This document shows, piece after piece, positions 47,965 to 61,549 of a DNA stretch of 64,000 nt. This stretch comes from Lophium mytilinum. Taxonomy: Eukaryota. How positions within the stretch are numbered: position 1 is the first letter of the stretch; every line of letters starts with the position of its first letter. The notes below the pieces were generated by a model that saw only the letters and a list, made by a program, of their open reading frames with translations, was not told where the DNA came from and did not search any database. The position numbers and the translations under genes were made by a program. The stretch is taken from NCBI GenBank assembly GCA_010093605.1, contig MU004190.1:248001-312000 (forward strand). Reading direction: 5' to 3'.

Positions 47965-49960
47965 ATGGCAGAGATTCCAATATATCTCTCCATTCATACT
48001 CCAGTTGATGTTTCCAGCATCGACCTCACTGGTAGGCAGGAAAGCGACGGCGACGTCAGGGTAAGTGATTGTGTAACGAGATAACGTGAAACCAGACAAC
48101 TGACGTTTGCAAACGCTGTAGAAGACTCCAACTCCAACTATCCAGCTGTTCCATGACAAATATCCAAGCCCGCTTGAATTAGCCACGATCTGCGAAGATG
48201 ACATGGCTGAAATAGTCAAGCACCTAGCCAGACGTTCGACCTCTGCTTCTTTGGCGAATATCGAGGCGATATTGAGCCTCAAAGAATGCCTGGCTCGATT
48301 GAGAGAGTGGAAAAGGTGCCTCCCGCGCGCAGATGGCGACGGCCCTTCATCTGGCGACAGGGATTGGCTTGGCTTGGAGCCCCTTATGTCCAAAATTTCC
48401 AACTTGCTGCGACGACTTGCGGTTCAGCTTCTCCAGACTGGAACACTAATAGGGGGTGGAATAGGTGCGTTGAATTCCTTGTGGTGCTTCTTGGTGCAAA
48501 TGCTTGACGTTAAGGTTGCGTTAACATAACATAGAGCTACGGCTGTCTACAATGAGTGACTTCGTCAATGCTTTGCCTGTAGAAGATTCAGAAGATTCAT
48601 CACAAAGTCGAGGCTCTGGAGCAGAGCTCCACCGGAGCATGACTGGACCAATTCTCGATTCGGGTGCATCAAGGCTACGCGCGGCCGTCGAACAGCTTGA
48701 GGACGTAACAGATTGCCTCTGGAGCTACAAAACCGCTCTCAGCATTACCTCCGAAGCCTATAACCTGTCAATGGCCGATTGGCTTGTAGAGTTGCCGCAG
48801 GAGGTACAAGATAGAGGTAGTTTGTTGGAATCCCACCGCGGCACAACATTGCCAGTGGACGAACATGACTCCGTTGGTGCTGAAGGTGCGTTACCTAGTT
48901 GCTGTAACTTAAGAACCTCACTTAACGTGATATCAGAAGAATCCGGTGAACAACAGACTACTGCTCTAGGGGGTATGGGACCTATTTCCTGCTGCGTTTG
49001 CGAATTCACTAACCACGAGTAGAAATATCGAGAGAGGTTGTTGTACTTCCCCGTAAGAAGTCCTTTGAAAAGATTGACTTGGATGGCATAGCATGTCCAT
49101 TGGCCAGGGAATAGTGAGTAGTTCTGTTCCGAAAATATGGTACTGGCTGATATATTTGTGCAGCCGCAATGGGCATGGTGGGAAGGAATGGAAAGCTATG
49201 CACGACGCCTCCCTCGAGATTGGCGATCGTAAGTTCCCTACTCCTCACGATTAAGATCTCAGCAAATACGCAGTGCGGTGTATGCTAACGCCCGTCAGCG
49301 GACTGGCCAGCGGGCCATGTGGCTTGGTTGGATAAGCCCAAGCTCTCCGTCAAGTCAAGCTACTGCCGGAGGAAGATGGTCGCTGTTGGCGACGGTGCTT
49401 GCGGAAAGACGTGCACTTATATCCAGTTTTCGAAAGGCAATTTCCCGGAAGTCTATGTTCCAACGGTCTTCGAAAACTATGTCGCGGATGTGGAGGTTGA
49501 TGGCAATCATGTTGAGCTCGCTCTATGGGACACGCCTGGTCAAGAAGACTACGACAGACTCCGGCTCTTAATGTACCCTGATTCGCATGCCATCATGATC
49601 AGCTTCTGTATTGATAGCTCAGATTCACTCGTCAATACGGTTGCAAAATGGATCTCGGAGGTGACGCATTTTTGCGCTGGGGTACCAATCCTTTTGGCCG
49701 GATTCAAACACGACCTGAAGCATGACAAAGCGACAATCGAAATGATATCCAAGTGGTCACAGAAGCCGGTGACATATGGTCAAGGACTTGCAGTCGCTAA
49801 GTACATTGGTGCCGCCGCCTACGTCGAATGTTCAGCCAAGACTGGTGCTGGGATTCGAGAGGTTTTCGAAGCGATGACTCGGTTGACGCTCAGGAGCGTC
49901 AAGAAGGCAAAGAAGACTACGGAGGCTAAGCACAAGAACGCATCATGTAACTTAATGTAA
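47965..49960 (+). CDS. Helical N-terminal domain fused to Rho1/RhoA-like GTPase, 6 exons, 564 aa
   Basis: Exons 47965-48060, 48122-48464, 48535-48972, 49023-49113, 49164-49228 and 49299-49960 join in frame (1695 nt) with GT..AG introns. [30 protein letters not shown] and ECSAK motifs, with CaaX CNLM. Confidence 0.8.
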
Positions 49961-50593
49961 ATCGACGGACTGATGGGTTGTTGAGTTTGAATTGGGATGG
50001 TTGCAGATTTAGGGTACGAAATATATGTTAATGACCAGATTGGGACTGGCGCGTTCGTTAAGTACTTCACTAAGTCCAGAAGTAGCGAAAGTGCTTATAG
50101 TAGCCAAACTTGAAACATGTTTCTACCGTATAGTTTCTGAATATACGGACGCCACTCTTGGCAGCGCTATCTCAAGCATAATTTTTCAGCGTATCAGGTC
50201 AACGCCAGCGAGCTGAATTGTGGGCCACCCACCCCCTGAGTTGGCCCGACACCACCGCTAGGACCCACCTTCCAACGCTGTTGAGTTTAGGGGATCAGCG
50301 GGCTTGCCAAGACTGGCGTCCGTATATTCAAAAACTATACGGTACTGCACTAACCGGCTCAGCATGCGCCAGCCTAGAAGAGAATAAAGTTCCTAAACCG
50401 GCAATCGGTCGCACCTAGTTAAGCACCACCTGCATGTTAAGCGGGTGCACCCCGGTTCCGGAGTACAACTTACTTATATACCATACATCTATCCCACGCT
50501 CCTTACATCTTGCTTGACAAACTCTCATACTCTTAACCACTTCTGCCACTTTCAACAACGCAAACCACGAAACTCACACTCAATCATACCACC

Positions 50594-51121
50594 ATGGCCG
50601 CCACCGCCGACAAATCCAAACCCTACATCCCTCTAGCCGGTGCCGCTAACGACGGCTGGTCTACAGAAGACTCAGCAACAGCAACCTGCTTCTGCGGCAC
50701 CGTGCAGCTCGCCTTTCCTACCGCAGGCCCCGGCCTCGTCAGCACCTTTGTCTGTCACTGCACCGACTGCCGCAAGATCACGGCGTCCATGTTCGCCTCC
50801 AACTTCACCATTGCCGACGCCCATCTCACCCATGTCCGCGGCCGCGACAACCTCAAAACGTACGCCCAGTCGCGCACGATCGCCTCGGGAAAGTTGATGA
50901 CGAATTACTTTTGCTCCACCTGCGGGACGCTCATGTATCGTGTTGGTGAGGCGTTTCCGGGTCATAGTATTCTGCGCATTGGCACTGTGGACGACTTCAA
51001 TCTGCACGAGACGAAGTTGAAGCCGAAGCGGGAGATATATGTTAAGGATCGCTGCGGCTGGGTGAGCGCCATAGAAGACGCCCAACAGCTTGAGGCCCAG
51101 CGTAATAGGCAGAAGATTTAG
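50594..51121 (+). CDS. GFA/CENP-V (Mss4-like) zinc-binding protein
   Basis: CFCG, CHCTDCRK and FCSTCGT motifs. Confidence 0.92.
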   Translation: MAATADKSKPYIPLAGAANDGWSTEDSATATCFCGTVQLAFPTAGPGLVSTFVCHCTDCRKITASMFASNFTIADAHLTHVRGRDNLKTYAQSRTIASGKLMTNYFCSTCGTLMYRVGEAFPGHSILRIGTVDDFNLHETKLKPKREIYVKDRCGWVSAIEDAQQLEAQRNRQKI

Positions 51122-51662
51122 TAAATAGCGCGTTCCCAATAGCACTATAAAGTGCAAAATCGTACCAGTTTTACCTTCAGATACATTCAAATTCTAGTAT
51201 GTGTTAGCTTCGTGGGGAATTGACCCATAAACGGGGAAGAAGCATGCCCTGATAGCTGGAAGCAGTATGTTAGCATTCCAAATAGTTCCGAATTCGCTTA
51301 TCTAATGGGCGTTTTCCATACCCCAATTCACTCGCCACAAGTCACGTGACGTGTATGAACTTCTACTTGGTACCCCTCGAGCGATCGATAGATCTCCACA
51401 ATCAGCTTTAGCAAAGGATGAAAGGGTCCTCTATCATCCAGTGCTATCTCCCCATTCTCTAGCGTACCAATAATCGTTCAACGCAGTGCTGTAGTGCTTC
51501 CGCAAAACCTGGAATCCGAGCAGTGACATCATCAACACCACCGGATGCTACAAAACCTCCAAACGATAAACACCCTGTCTCCAACCAAAAGACTCACGAT
51601 CCGAGAAACCAGTCACCTTTCAAATCTGCTTAAGGACTCAATTGAAAAATCAAGCCTCCAAT

Positions 51663-52192
51663 ATGCCCGCAACCACCCGCTCCGTCGCCAAAAAAGACGC
51701 CTCCGCTTCCCAACTCCAGCAAACACGGCAAGTACAAAGCGAGGAGCAACATGCGAATGCGAGTGCCCAGGTAAGATGCGAATAACTACAATTACACACA
51801 ACTCAATTTCTACCACAATTCACTGCACCCTTTCCCCTTGTAGAATCCACACATTCACCAGACGAGCATACCTAATCACGTGACCATGAACCCCCTCCTT
51901 CTTCCTCTCCCCATTTCTCACAACAACCAACCCCCTAACACCCCCCTCCCAGGCCGGACTCAACCTTAACCTCCTCGGCGCCGTCTCCGGCGTCTTCGGC
52001 AGCAAATCCAAAAAAACCACCAACAACAACCCAGACGGCTCATCCGTAAGCACTGAAGAGCGTGCCGAGCAAGGCCACGCCTCCGGAAAGGCAGCTGGAA
52101 ACGCGACTGCGATCGGCGCGGCGAATGCCAACTCGGGGCGGCGGAAGATGAAAGAGACACAGGCAGTCGATCATTTGGGGATTGAGGGATAG
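51663..52192 (+). CDS. Small Gly/Ala-rich hypothetical protein, 2 exons, 115 aa
   Basis: Exon 51663-51770 (MPATTRSV...ANASAQ), intron GTAAGA..CTAAC..CAG at 51771-51952, exon 51953-52192 (AGLNLNLLGAVSGVFG...DHLGIEG). Confidence 0.7.
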
Positions 52193-52355
52193 GTAGATAA
52201 CTACACGAAATGAATTCATGAGACTAAAACCAGTGATGACTTCCCGAATGCGAGCTATAAATAATGGTGGTATCTGATACCGAAACGCCGAAGCCTTGTC
52301 CTAAGCCCCAGAAACGCCTAAGTAGCTAGCGCAAAAAATAGGAATGTGAGTGTGG

Positions 52356-55300
52356 TCAATCCACACACCTCCCCACGCCCTCAGCTCCCCTTCTGGCTAC
52401 GGCAACATGCCATGGCACAACCCCGTGTCTACATCCCCTGACTCCCCTCAGCCTTGCCAATAGTCCCAATCCCCGGAACTGCCCAAGCACCTCCTTCAGC
52501 AGATTCTCTGCCGTGCTACGACTCTGCGCCGTACTCGTCCAACTCATGCTACTGGAACTCCTTTCCGTCCCCGCACCAGGGCTAACACCATCACTAGCTC
52601 CAGGAGTCGCCGGAAACGGAGACGTGGCAGCGCGTGTGCCACCGACTGCGCCAACCCAGAGAATATTAACATTGATAACGAGAGGGCCGCGGGAGCTGGG
52701 AGAGCTAGAAGGAGTGGTGGAGCCGGACCCGCGTTTGACAATGAGCCCACTGATGAGCGCGGGGCGGTAGTCGATGGTGGAGTGCGAGTTATGGAGGCGG
52801 TGGGAGAGGATGAGGCCCCAAGTTTCATCGGTGACGTCGACGAGGCGGGCGTCTGGGTCTGCGCTGGGATCTATGGCGTCCGAGGGGGTCGCGGCAGGCG
52901 TGAGGCCGTGCTGGTCGGGGGAGACGCCAGGTTGGGGCGTTGAGACTGGTGTGGAAGCGTTTGGATCTCTAGAGGGAGCGGCGGTGGGCACGGTCGGGAG
53001 AGTAGGGGTAAGAGAGAGTGGCGGATTGGCATCGACGGTTAGAAGCGTGATGAAAAGGTTGAGCTGGGTGGGCGAGGAGGCGAGAAGGATCCATGCTAGA
53101 GATAATATTAGATATGTCAATAGTAAGGTCAACGAAAGCGTACCTTCGATTTCTTCCCGCTCCATCACGCCCGCCTTGGCGATGCAAATGCGCCACGTTA
53201 CCCTCCTGCTGTGTAGGATTTCGATAGTTGTCTGCCATATCTCTCGTGCGATTTCATTGAATGGTCTTCCCCTCGAGCTGTACGATACGACCGCCTGTGA
53301 TTTCCCGCAGCTGTCTGTCCATGCCGCTGTTATCCATGCGCCATCCAAGCTGATCGCATAGCCGAGATGCATATAAGAATTCTCCCGCAGAAGATCGGCG
53401 GGAGGATCAGATGCAAGCTTGAACTGAATGTTTCTCGGTAAAGCCTCCTCCAATTGGATAGATGGAGCAGAGAAAATGCTCAAAGGCGTCTTGTCGGAGT
53501 TGACCGCACTTGGAGGACACCTGTCGTATACCTCGCGAGCTAGACTCATGAGAGTGGTAGGCTCCAGCACTACCGGTGCGTCGAAAGAGGCAATGTACTT
53601 CATCGGTACGATCTGAAGTACTAGATCAGGCCTAGGGGTATTGGCTTGAGCCCCTTGCCCATATGATCCGAATAACGCCCAGAATGCCGAGCAGAGTTCC
53701 CACAGTGCAGCCGGCTCTGCAAAAGGGTCGACCATGTATATTACGAAAGCATCAATCTTCGAGCTGTCGTCCTTCTCTCGCATATCGAGATATGACTGCG
53801 AGAGCTCTTCTCCAAGTCGACGGCATGTCTCTCGTAATGCTTGGAGGACGGTACGTTTTGTAGCTGGACCTGTGACTCGTGTCGGAACTAGGCCGCCTTG
53901 GAAGTCTTCTATGGCATCGCTTCGAACATGAGTCCCTAACTTGCACCCTTCGTATACGATTCCAAGGTTGTTCAAGAACGTTTCTACTCGAGCTGTAAGT
54001 GACTCACTGTGTGGGTACACGCAATACGTTATAATGTTTTTAGGCCCGCTGGTTGGAGCAAGACCCAACGGTTCCCAGAACGACAGGGCGGTAGGGAGAA
54101 GATCCCAAAGGGCATCCGAACGTCGAACACGGATATGAGGAGGAGCAACGGGATAGATCAGATGTCCCGGAGAGCCATTGCCATCCCCTTGCCCGTAAGT
54201 ATTCATTCTCCGTGGGACCGCTTTCGGTAGATGTCCTTTTCCAGCCTGGGGAATATCGGGAAATACGTCCTGGACGCACACGAGCTTTGTAACGTCGCAA
54301 TCTACAGCCTTCTCGAAAAGTTGCCTAACGGTATCCTGAACAGTTTTGCTAGGGTCCAGAGCATCTCCTTCCAGTGGGCGGCCGAAACTAGATCCACTAA
54401 CGAAGCCACCCTCGTCATTGAGAATATCGAGCGTCGATGAAACAATTTGATCAGTCAGGATCTGAGCGACCGCTATCATATCCTTGCCACTCAATAAGAC
54501 CTTCTCGTCAGAGGGAGAGATTTCGATTTGGGAAAGCGTGGTGGGCATTGGAGACAGCCCTGGCGAAGGAAAGGCTACGTCTGCTCGAGCGACTGAAGAA
54601 TGCCTTTCTGAGGGAGAGGGAAGGCTAACTAGCGACCAGTCCCAAGGACTAGGTTCGAAGCCACCAAGACAGGCTTGATCGGTCTGGAGCAAAGGTCGAC
54701 CAAGTATATGCTCGGAGCTATCCCCACCAAGCTTGGAGTCTGCAAAAGACGTAACGGACAGCGGTGTCGCAGTCTCGTCAGCTATCCACTTCCTTTTAGT
54801 CGGCCATGAGGGAACTATCGGTAGGGAATCAAGTTTAGGAGATCGGATTTCGGGCTCGGAGTCTAAGTCGCCGCTCGAAGTGTCACTGATGTCGCCTTCA
54901 TCTATAGGAAGTTCTTCCTCCATGATAGTCCCCTTTCGGCCTAACGACCCGCGGAGGTCTAATAGGACCGAGAAATGTTGAGAAGTCGGCTTCTGCCGCT
55001 TTGAGAGTGGTGTTTGGGACTTGCTAGATACTAAAGATGAAGCATCTCCTCCCTCCGATTCTGGAAAATGAAATCGACCGCCACTGTATTTGGAGTCGGC
55101 GAGACTCATACTCGTGTTGAAAGCCAAGGGGTCGAAAATACTCCCCTTCCGTTGCACAGGAGTTTTGTGTCGACCTTCAGAGGTAACTCGATTGGGCATG
55201 CCATCGGGTCGTGGGAGCAGCTTCTTTATGATCAATTTCGGACTTAGAGGTGGGCTGGGAACATGCTCTTCCTCTTCTGGACTCTGGATTATTGGCTCAT

Positions 55301-57477
55301 CAACAGCCAAAACTCGGGTGCTTTCCTCTCCAGGTTTCGATTCTGTGTATTCGGGCTGATTAGGATCTGACTGAAGTCTTTTACCAGGCCTAAGATCCAG
55401 ATGTCGGTCCGTGGCATTGCCAACTTGTGCCAGAGGTTCAGAGGCAGGTTCCACCTTTAGGTCTTCCTTCTGGTCGTGACTTTCTCCAGCTTGCTGCTGT
55501 GACGTTTCCTCGGGTTGCGCGTCGTCATTTGTTCCTTGGACGCCGTCCATATCGCCAAAGTCGTCACCATCTGGCTCATCAAAGAAATTGAAATCAGCGT
55601 CCGTAACTCCATTCCCATCAAACGTGTCTTCGTCCATATCTTCGAAGAGGTCATCATTTCCACCATGGAGGGAAGAACTGAAGTTCAACTCTGGTTGTGA
55701 ATCGAAAGGATGGGAGAGCTTAGGTGACGTTCCAGGCATGCCCAGAAGCCCGGTCCCATCAGCGTCATTTGTTCCTGGGAGATCGGATGAACGCGGGTTC
55801 GAGTCTTGAGATAGCATGCCGTCCATACTTCCGATCGGACCTGAAATGTGCGGAATATCTCCCGCAGAAGATACAACAGGGCCTTGGGGAGCGACTCCAT
55901 CCGGTGGGGTTGGATAAACACCGCTCACCGGCTGCAGATCACCCCAAGCTCCAGTTCGAGAATATAGTGGGGATGAAGGGTATAGCACATTAGAATCATC
56001 CTTTGTCTGAGCCTCCTCTTCGGCCTGTTGAGCCTTTCGACGAGCTTCTTGCGCTTTATCCCTTTCTGGTTTATTACAGAACCATTGCTGTGCTAAGTCC
56101 AAAGGATCTTGATATCCCATCGACTCAGGCGTCTGAAACCAATCCAAGCCCTGCTCCGCCGAGTTTTGTGAAGTAAGATGGTCTTCAAGTCCTAAAGGAG
56201 TACGGACCGAAGCCGCGGGGTCCCATCCCTGCTTTGAAGAGTCGTAGGAAAAGCAAAGCCCGGATGGCCAAAGCAGTTCATAGGCCTGGTTAGCAAGGGA
56301 TGGGCTATCCAACTCAGACGGTATGGTGTCGGACGCGATTTGAATCCTAGCCCAAGGCTTAGTACCGTAATCCTGCACAAATGAGCCTAAGCCCTTTCTC
56401 GCTAGCCAACTTTTGGCGTGGGTTTTCCAATTATGAATGTCGTCAGCCTCATTTTTGATCCTTGGACGCTTTCGTTGCTCCCTGACGTTTTCGTTATCCC
56501 CATTACTTAGTCCTGAGAGCTCCAACCCAAGAAAGACTGCTAGATTGCCGCTCGGTGCAGTTCGCACGACACTGCCCGGTTTAACTTTCGAGGTTGGCGG
56601 TCCAAGGCTGCTCAGCTGATGCATATCAGGTCGCCACTTCGAACTTGTGGATATCACAAGGGACCCAGCACTGGTCCAATGTACGTCCACAGAAGTCAGC
56701 CATGACGGCTTGTCTGAGAAATCTGACTCTAGGCTTTTTGCGCGAGGCTCGGCGATTGAGAATGATACAAAAGTTCGATAGTTCAAAGGAATCATTCCAT
56801 GGTCTCGAGCTAGGCTGTACGATATGGATGCAACAACTGATGACATGAGTAGCTCATATACAGCGTAAACATCGTACTGTTGTGGCTCGCCACTCCCGCT
56901 GAACGCTAGGCTGATTTGAGAATTTGCCTGTGTGGCACGCAAGTTCCCCGCCTGATTGGAGCGAAGTGCACTTGGAGGGGCGTTTGTCGACGTTGCAGAT
57001 GTGGGAGGATTGGAAGGTCGGGCGGGTGCTCGTGCGAGTTCAGCAGCCCTCACCAATCCTGAAATCTCCGCTAGAAACTCGTCAGTGGTTTTCACAGACC
57101 CTTGATTTGGTACTCACCGTGAAATGCATATCCGTCAACGATAGGAGGTGCTGCAGGGGTCTGTGTAGCCTTTTCTGGCGTAATAGGTCGAAATAGCCAA
57201 AGCCATGATCGCGCAGTGTCATGGAGAACCAAATGGCGGGCTTGCCTAAGAGTGCATTCGACAGTGCCTAGATCCGCAGCTAGCCCTGTCTTTTCATCTG
57301 ATGGACTCGGAGGGGAATTCGCCGTTCTTTTGATTGAGAATGCCTGGTATGCGACAGCTTCAAATTCGCCCTAGTAAGCAGATGTTAGTGTCGCTATCGA
57401 TCACTACACGAAGGTAATCGCAATGGGGTACTTACGACAGCTTGCACGTTAGTGTTGCAAGTCTTGACGAATTCCAT
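52356..57477 (-). CDS. MED13: Mediator complex subunit 13 (Srb9/Ssn2), multi-exon
   Basis: Start MEFVKTCNTN at 57477; VYPTPPDG, VTDADFNFFDEP, LSFWEPLGLAP..GPKN, HLGYAISLDGAWITAAWTD and PWHVA motifs. Confidence 0.93.
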
Positions 57478-58056
57478 TACAAGAGCGCTACCCTCGCTAT
57501 GGTATGCACAGATGATACTGTCGAGAAAGATGCAAGCCGTATATTGCTATATGAAGCTTCATCAACTCCGATTACCGGTCCCCAGCGCAGCAGGATGTAA
57601 CAGTACGGAGAGTATTACAGGCTCCTCAACTCCATGGCATTCGCGCCAGATGTAATCTTTTGTTCCGTCTGGTGTGCTGACTGCGCAACTTGAGCATGTC
57701 GGCTCAAGCTGGTGAAGGGGAATAGGCCGGGAAGCGTTCCGCCGGATGCGCCAGCACGCGTCGTCGAGACGTATCGCGGTTGGGGGCCTGGTTCGCGCTG
57801 ACAAGGCGGATCGAAGAGTATGGAGGACTGTCGAGGAGGGTCACAGATGGTCGAGGGAGGCTGGGGGTGCCTAGAGTCGCGATGTCTGTCGTGGTGGTGG
57901 GCGGGCAGCACAGACAACAGCTCGGAGGTGTCCCGTCTCCATCGCTGCGCTCTTGGCTCTGTCATAGGGCATTCGCGAAAAGTTGCCTCCCCGAAAATTT
58001 ACAGTCTTCACCACCATCCCTTCGCATCGCCTCTACAGCTCTGAGAGACTCCCGCC

Positions 58057-60325
58057 ATGAAGCTCTCAAACCAGTCTGCTGTGCCAGTATATACTATCGC
58101 TGGCTCAAATACCTCCCGACCACTTCCAGACTGGCTCATTCGCAAAAGGAAACGCAGCTTAAAAAATGATCCCGAGTTCGCGAACCGCGTAGAACTCCTT
58201 CAAGATTTCGAATTTGAGGAAGCCAGCTCGTGCGTACGAGTGAGCGAAGATGGCGACTGGGTGATGAGCACAGGTATGTATTTTAGTCTCAAGTATCATT
58301 CAGTATACTCACTATCCGCTAGGAACTTACAAGCCTCAAATACACACGCACTACCTACCACATCTCTCCCTCTCATTCGCGCGACACACCGACACACTAA
58401 ACGATACGTTCATCCTCCTAGGCTCCGACTACACAAAATCGCTTCATCTCCAAACAAATCGCTACCTCGAATTCCACAATCCGGGAGGATGTCACTATGC
58501 GACTCGAATACCACGCTATGGGAGAGGCCTGGTGTACGATCGGCTGTCAGCAGAAGCGCTGGTCCCGGCTGTGGGCGTGAATGCAGACGGAAATGGCGAG
58601 GTCTTCCGTCTCAACCTTGAAGTGGGGCAATTCATGAAGGGCTACGAAGTGGATGTAGGTGGCGATGACTTCACATCCTCAGGCGGAGGTGCCCTACAAG
58701 GTGGAATCAACACCGGAAGCGTGAACGCAGCCACAATCGCCGAAGAGAGTCACAACCTGCTAGCGTTTGGCACGTCACTAGGCACAGTCGAGTTCTGGGA
58801 CTCGCGATCGAAGAGCAGGGTTGGGATTCTATCAGCACCACCTGGGAATGCGTTCGAGGGAAAACCTGAGGCGACCGCACTACAGTTCCATCGCTCTGGC
58901 CTCGAACTCGCTGCTGGCTACTCAACGGGCCAAATCCAACTCTACGACCTCCGATCTCCTGTCCCATTACAAAAACGTGACCAAGGCTACGGCTACCCCA
59001 TTCAAAATCTCATATACCTAAATCCCGGCATTGCAACCCGCGCACAATCCTCCGGGCCAAAACTCCTCTCAGCCGACAAGCGCGTCATCAAAATCTGGGA
59101 ACCCGAAGAGAAGCTCCCCTGGACTTCCGTCGAGCCAGCCGTTGGCGTCGACCTCCACCACGTCGAATGGTGTCGTGACAGCGGCATGCTCCTAACCGCC
59201 AACGAAGGAAAGCAACAACACGCCTTCCTAATTCCCCAGCTCGGCCCCGCACCAAAATGGTGTACGTTCCTCGACAACATCGTCGAAGAAATGGCCGAGG
59301 ACCCCGACGACCCGAACGCCTTCAGCAAAAACCACACAGGCGAGGTCTACGACAACCTCAAATTCCTCACCCTCCCGCAACTCCGCGCACTAAAGATCGA
59401 CCACCTCCTAGAAACGCATCCAGGCACGCTAAAACCATACATGCACGGCTACTTCATCAAGCAACAACTCTACGAAGAAGCCCGCCTCGTCGCCAACCCC
59501 GAGGTCTGGCAAGAACAGCGCCAAAAGAGCATCCAAGAGAAAATCACCAAAGAGCGCGAAAGCCGGATCCGCGGACACAAGAAAGTCGCCGTCAAAGTCA
59601 ACCGCAAGCTCGCCGAGCGCATCCAGGAGCGGCAAGAGAAATCCGAACGGCGCAGCGCGAAGAAACTCCTCGAGAAGCGCGGCGGCGACGTCGACACCGA
59701 CCTCCCCGACGCGCCTGCAAACGACGCTGCGGCAGAACAGCAAGCAGTGCCGAAGGGCCTCCTCGGCGACTCCCGCTTCGCCCGGCTCTTCGAGGACGAG
59801 GACTTCGAGGTCGACGAGGCCTCCCGCGAGTTCCAGTCCATCAACCCCAGCACCGTCGTCGCCGCGAAGCCGAAGGGTCTCACGGCTGTCGAGGAGGAGG
59901 AGCTCGCGGACCGCCGTGGTTCGAGCTCAGACGACTCGGACGACGACAGCGAAGGCGAGCAGCAACAAGCGGTGCCGAAGGAGAAGGACGACGGGCGCAT
60001 CTCGTCGGTGTCGTATAAGCGGCAGCCGCCGCGCCCGCAGCGCCCGAAGATGGTGGTGTCGAGCTCGAAGCGGAAGCCGGCGCAGAGTCGGGATCGCTCG
60101 TTTGGGGAGCGCGCTGCGGGCTTCAACGAGAAGAAGCCGATTTATAGTGGAGGGAGTAGGGGGGTGGTTGGGGAGCGCGAGATCACGTTTGCGCCGGTGA
60201 AGGAGAAGAAGGAGAGGCCGAAGGGGAGGGAGGAGAGGAGTGAGCGGAGTGATAGGAATGGTGGGCAGAGGCATGATCGGAAGGATAGGAGGAGCGCGAG
60301 TGGGAATGTGTTTAGGGGGATGTGA
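58057..60325 (+). CDS. ENP2: Ribosome biogenesis WD40 protein Enp2/NOL10, 2 exons
   Basis: RVELLQDFEFEEAS, TG|TYKPQIH across intron 58274-58322, IPQLGPAPKWCTFLDN, YMHGYF and NUC153-like DSRFARLFEDEDFEVDE. Confidence 0.95.
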
Positions 60326-60837
60326 GTATGAGTTTTGAAGTGCCGATGACGGACGTATCATACGAACATGAGTATACCCAGTTCACATTGACAGCACACT
60401 TTTCGTTCCTCTAGGGAAAACTGCAGGAATTGTAGGTGCAGAAATCGAACGTCTCATTGATAAATGATAAAAGGGGGAGTCACCGTTTCTACGCCGCAGC
60501 TACGCGAAAGCCAGCCGGCGATAGAACTCTAAATACTATGCGAGCGCGACAACTATGATCATATAACCTAACATCCAAAACGGGGGGATTTGGGCTTAGT
60601 GGAAGAGAAAAACGATGTAGAAAAACCCAAGAGGGGAAGGGGTGAAATTTCGAAATCGTGAGGGCTGCCTCTACTACCAACACCAGCTTCAGCGCACCGT
60701 CACCTCTTCCCGTGACGAAAACGCGCCTACTCGCTCCTCTATCTAATTTCGAGCGTTATATAAAAGCTGTCCCACATCGCACCTCCGAGCTCCGCCACCC
60801 CGTATTATTTCGTTTTCTCTGGGTCCAGGCGACGCGC

Positions 60838-61549
60838 TTAGGTCGACTCCTGCTTCGTCTGCAGATATTGGTAGGCGCCGTAGGCGAGCGCGCCGCCGAT
60901 CAGGATCAGGGCGTATACGCCGACGCCCAGGCCGCTGGAGTCGGCGGAGGCGGTGCTGCCGGGCTCGTAGGACTTGGGCTTTGGGTCGCCCTCCTGATAA
61001 GTTGAAGCATGTCAGCATAGGTTCTTTATAATAGAGGTCTGCTCAGGGACGGTGGTTCGGCCGAGGTAACTTCTCGGGTGTGGACGGGGAGGCGGTGTGG
61101 GGTACGCAATTGGGATGGGGTATGGGGATGCGGAGAGAAACAGAGGGAGGAGGGAGTGTACCTGTCGCTTCAGCGTGCCGACCAGCAGGCCGTCGAGGAT
61201 CTCGCGGGCTTCGTCGCTGTGGCCGACGTCCTCGAAGGCTTCTGTTGCGTCTTGGCCGCCGACGTCTAGGAGGACTTCTTCTCCACCCCTATACACGGAG
61301 ACAGATTAGCATTCGTCCAATCGACGTCCGCTCAATCCTCTTCATCAATATCATGGTGATTGGCCGGGCTCGGCATTATTTTTGATATCCGAACGGGGTT
61401 GTGCAACGGCGGAGGGGATTGGAAGAGACGTACGGGTGCTCGTCAACGAAGCTCGAGGTGTTGTAGACCTTGTCGTGGATAACGAGGTAGAGGTCCTTCT
61501 TGGTCGAGTGCGCCGAGACGTCGGAATACGTGAACTCCTTGTCTGCCAT
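60838..61549 (-). CDS. CYB5: Cytochrome b5, 3 exons
   Basis: IHDKVY...[32 protein letters not shown], followed by a C-terminal TM anchor ([19 protein letters not shown]). Confidence 0.95.

Noticed and set aside
49319..49960. Stand-alone canonical RHO1
   Set aside because: The ORF begins at GTG directly after a branch point and acceptor and joins upstream exons in frame, so it is treated as a fusion and no symbol is assigned.
53096..53143. Hydrophobic insert GTLSLTLLLTYLILS in the MED13 ORF suggesting a TM segment
   Set aside because: It is a 48-nt stop-free in-frame intron (GTACGC..CTAAT..TAG).
59257..60361. Long overlapping and antisense ORFs over ENP2 (similarly over MED13, HSE1 and the BTB gene)
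   Set aside because: Shadow ORFs caused by GC-rich codon usage of the real genes.
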